Origin: Haliotis cracherodii
Taxonomy: Eukaryota
Assembly: GCF_022045235.1 (NCBI RefSeq)
Contig: NW_027266264.1
Span: 54,498,001 to 54,562,000 of the forward strand
Reading direction: 5' to 3'
DNA length: 64,000 bases
In this document: positions 63,201 through 64,000 of the stretch, piece by piece
Layout: each line of letters starts with the position of its first letter
How positions within the stretch are numbered: position 1 is the first letter of the stretch
Translations under genes and position numbers: made by a program
The notes under the pieces: model-generated
Seen by the model: only the letters and a program-made list of their open reading frames with translations
Databases searched by the model: none
What the model was told of the DNA's origin: nothing

Positions 63201-64000
63201 AAAAAGCAGTGCACATACATGAGCGTTTTCTGTGAATATAGTCCTCAGCGAATATCGCCATCTTGGCGTTAAGAGGTATCGGAGATAAGATAACGTTTAA
63301 TAATTCTTTTCATTTTTTTAGTTTGGCCGTGTTACGTTTACAAAGCCGTAGCGTACCTAAACCATATCCCAATATTACATTGTTTTCATTCAAGGAGGTA
63401 GGTCGATGGAGCTTTCACTAAGCTCTATGTACCATTCAACCGCTGGAGAATACTTCTAACGCAGAAAAATATTAACGAAGCTCATTTGGTGTGCGTAATG
63501 TAAACTGAGGCGGTCTTGTACAATTCCTAACCAACACTTGATAAGCGATAACTGAACATCCTCACAGGGTCATTAAAACCTGAGCAGCGAAGCCTAACTG
63601 TTTCGTAAAACTGCTATAAGGAAATCTCTTATCACAATATCAGAGTACATTAACTTCCTTACTCTAGCGTTGTGGTAGTGCTCGGTGGGATTGAGTGATA
63701 TGGATTTTAGGTTACGTAATTCCCGAGGAAATGGAAAGGAACAACTACAAAACGTTAGGTTTTCGCCTCCGGTAAAGATTAATGATTTCATGCTTCGCTG
63801 TTTCTAATGCGAAATAAACTGATTATTTTTTCTCGTAAAAAGACAGTGACTAAAATGGCGAAAATTCAGATTTCAGTGTCCTGCAAATTGTAATGGTTTA
63901 AAAACGTCCCGATGAAGCATTTGTAAATAGGTTATTAATCGGACAACACACAAGGCTTACATGCAGTTGAATTACTAGAACGTGTGACAAGGAGACATAT

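Overview
AT-rich, intron-dominated eukaryotic (animal) DNA; the repeat families suggest a mollusc, possibly a gastropod (inference). The only protein-coding gene I can support is the 5' part of a nicotinic acetylcholine receptor alpha-type (Cys-loop) subunit on the minus strand, spread over more than 53 kb. It has two tandem, homologous N-terminal exons (54123-53926, carrying its own ATG and signal peptide; 53874-53708, a phase-1 cassette) only 51 nt apart. These are followed by a 45-nt exon (35959-35915), a 110-nt exon (2724-2615) and a 536-nt exon (1571-1036) encoding the Cys-loop, loop C vicinal cysteines, M1 and M2. M3/M4 lie beyond position 1, and the leader exon required by the second N-terminal exon was not found. 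The best candidate for novelty is this apparently mutually exclusive pair of N-terminal exons. The introns contain at least four SINE-like families sharing a 3' tail, decayed Penelope-like, Tc1, Gypsy, Sola-, Crypton- and THAP-like remnants, a hairpin MITE, a decayed hammerhead-ribozyme-like motif, several minisatellites and microsatellites. Nearly all other ORFs in the track are spurious.
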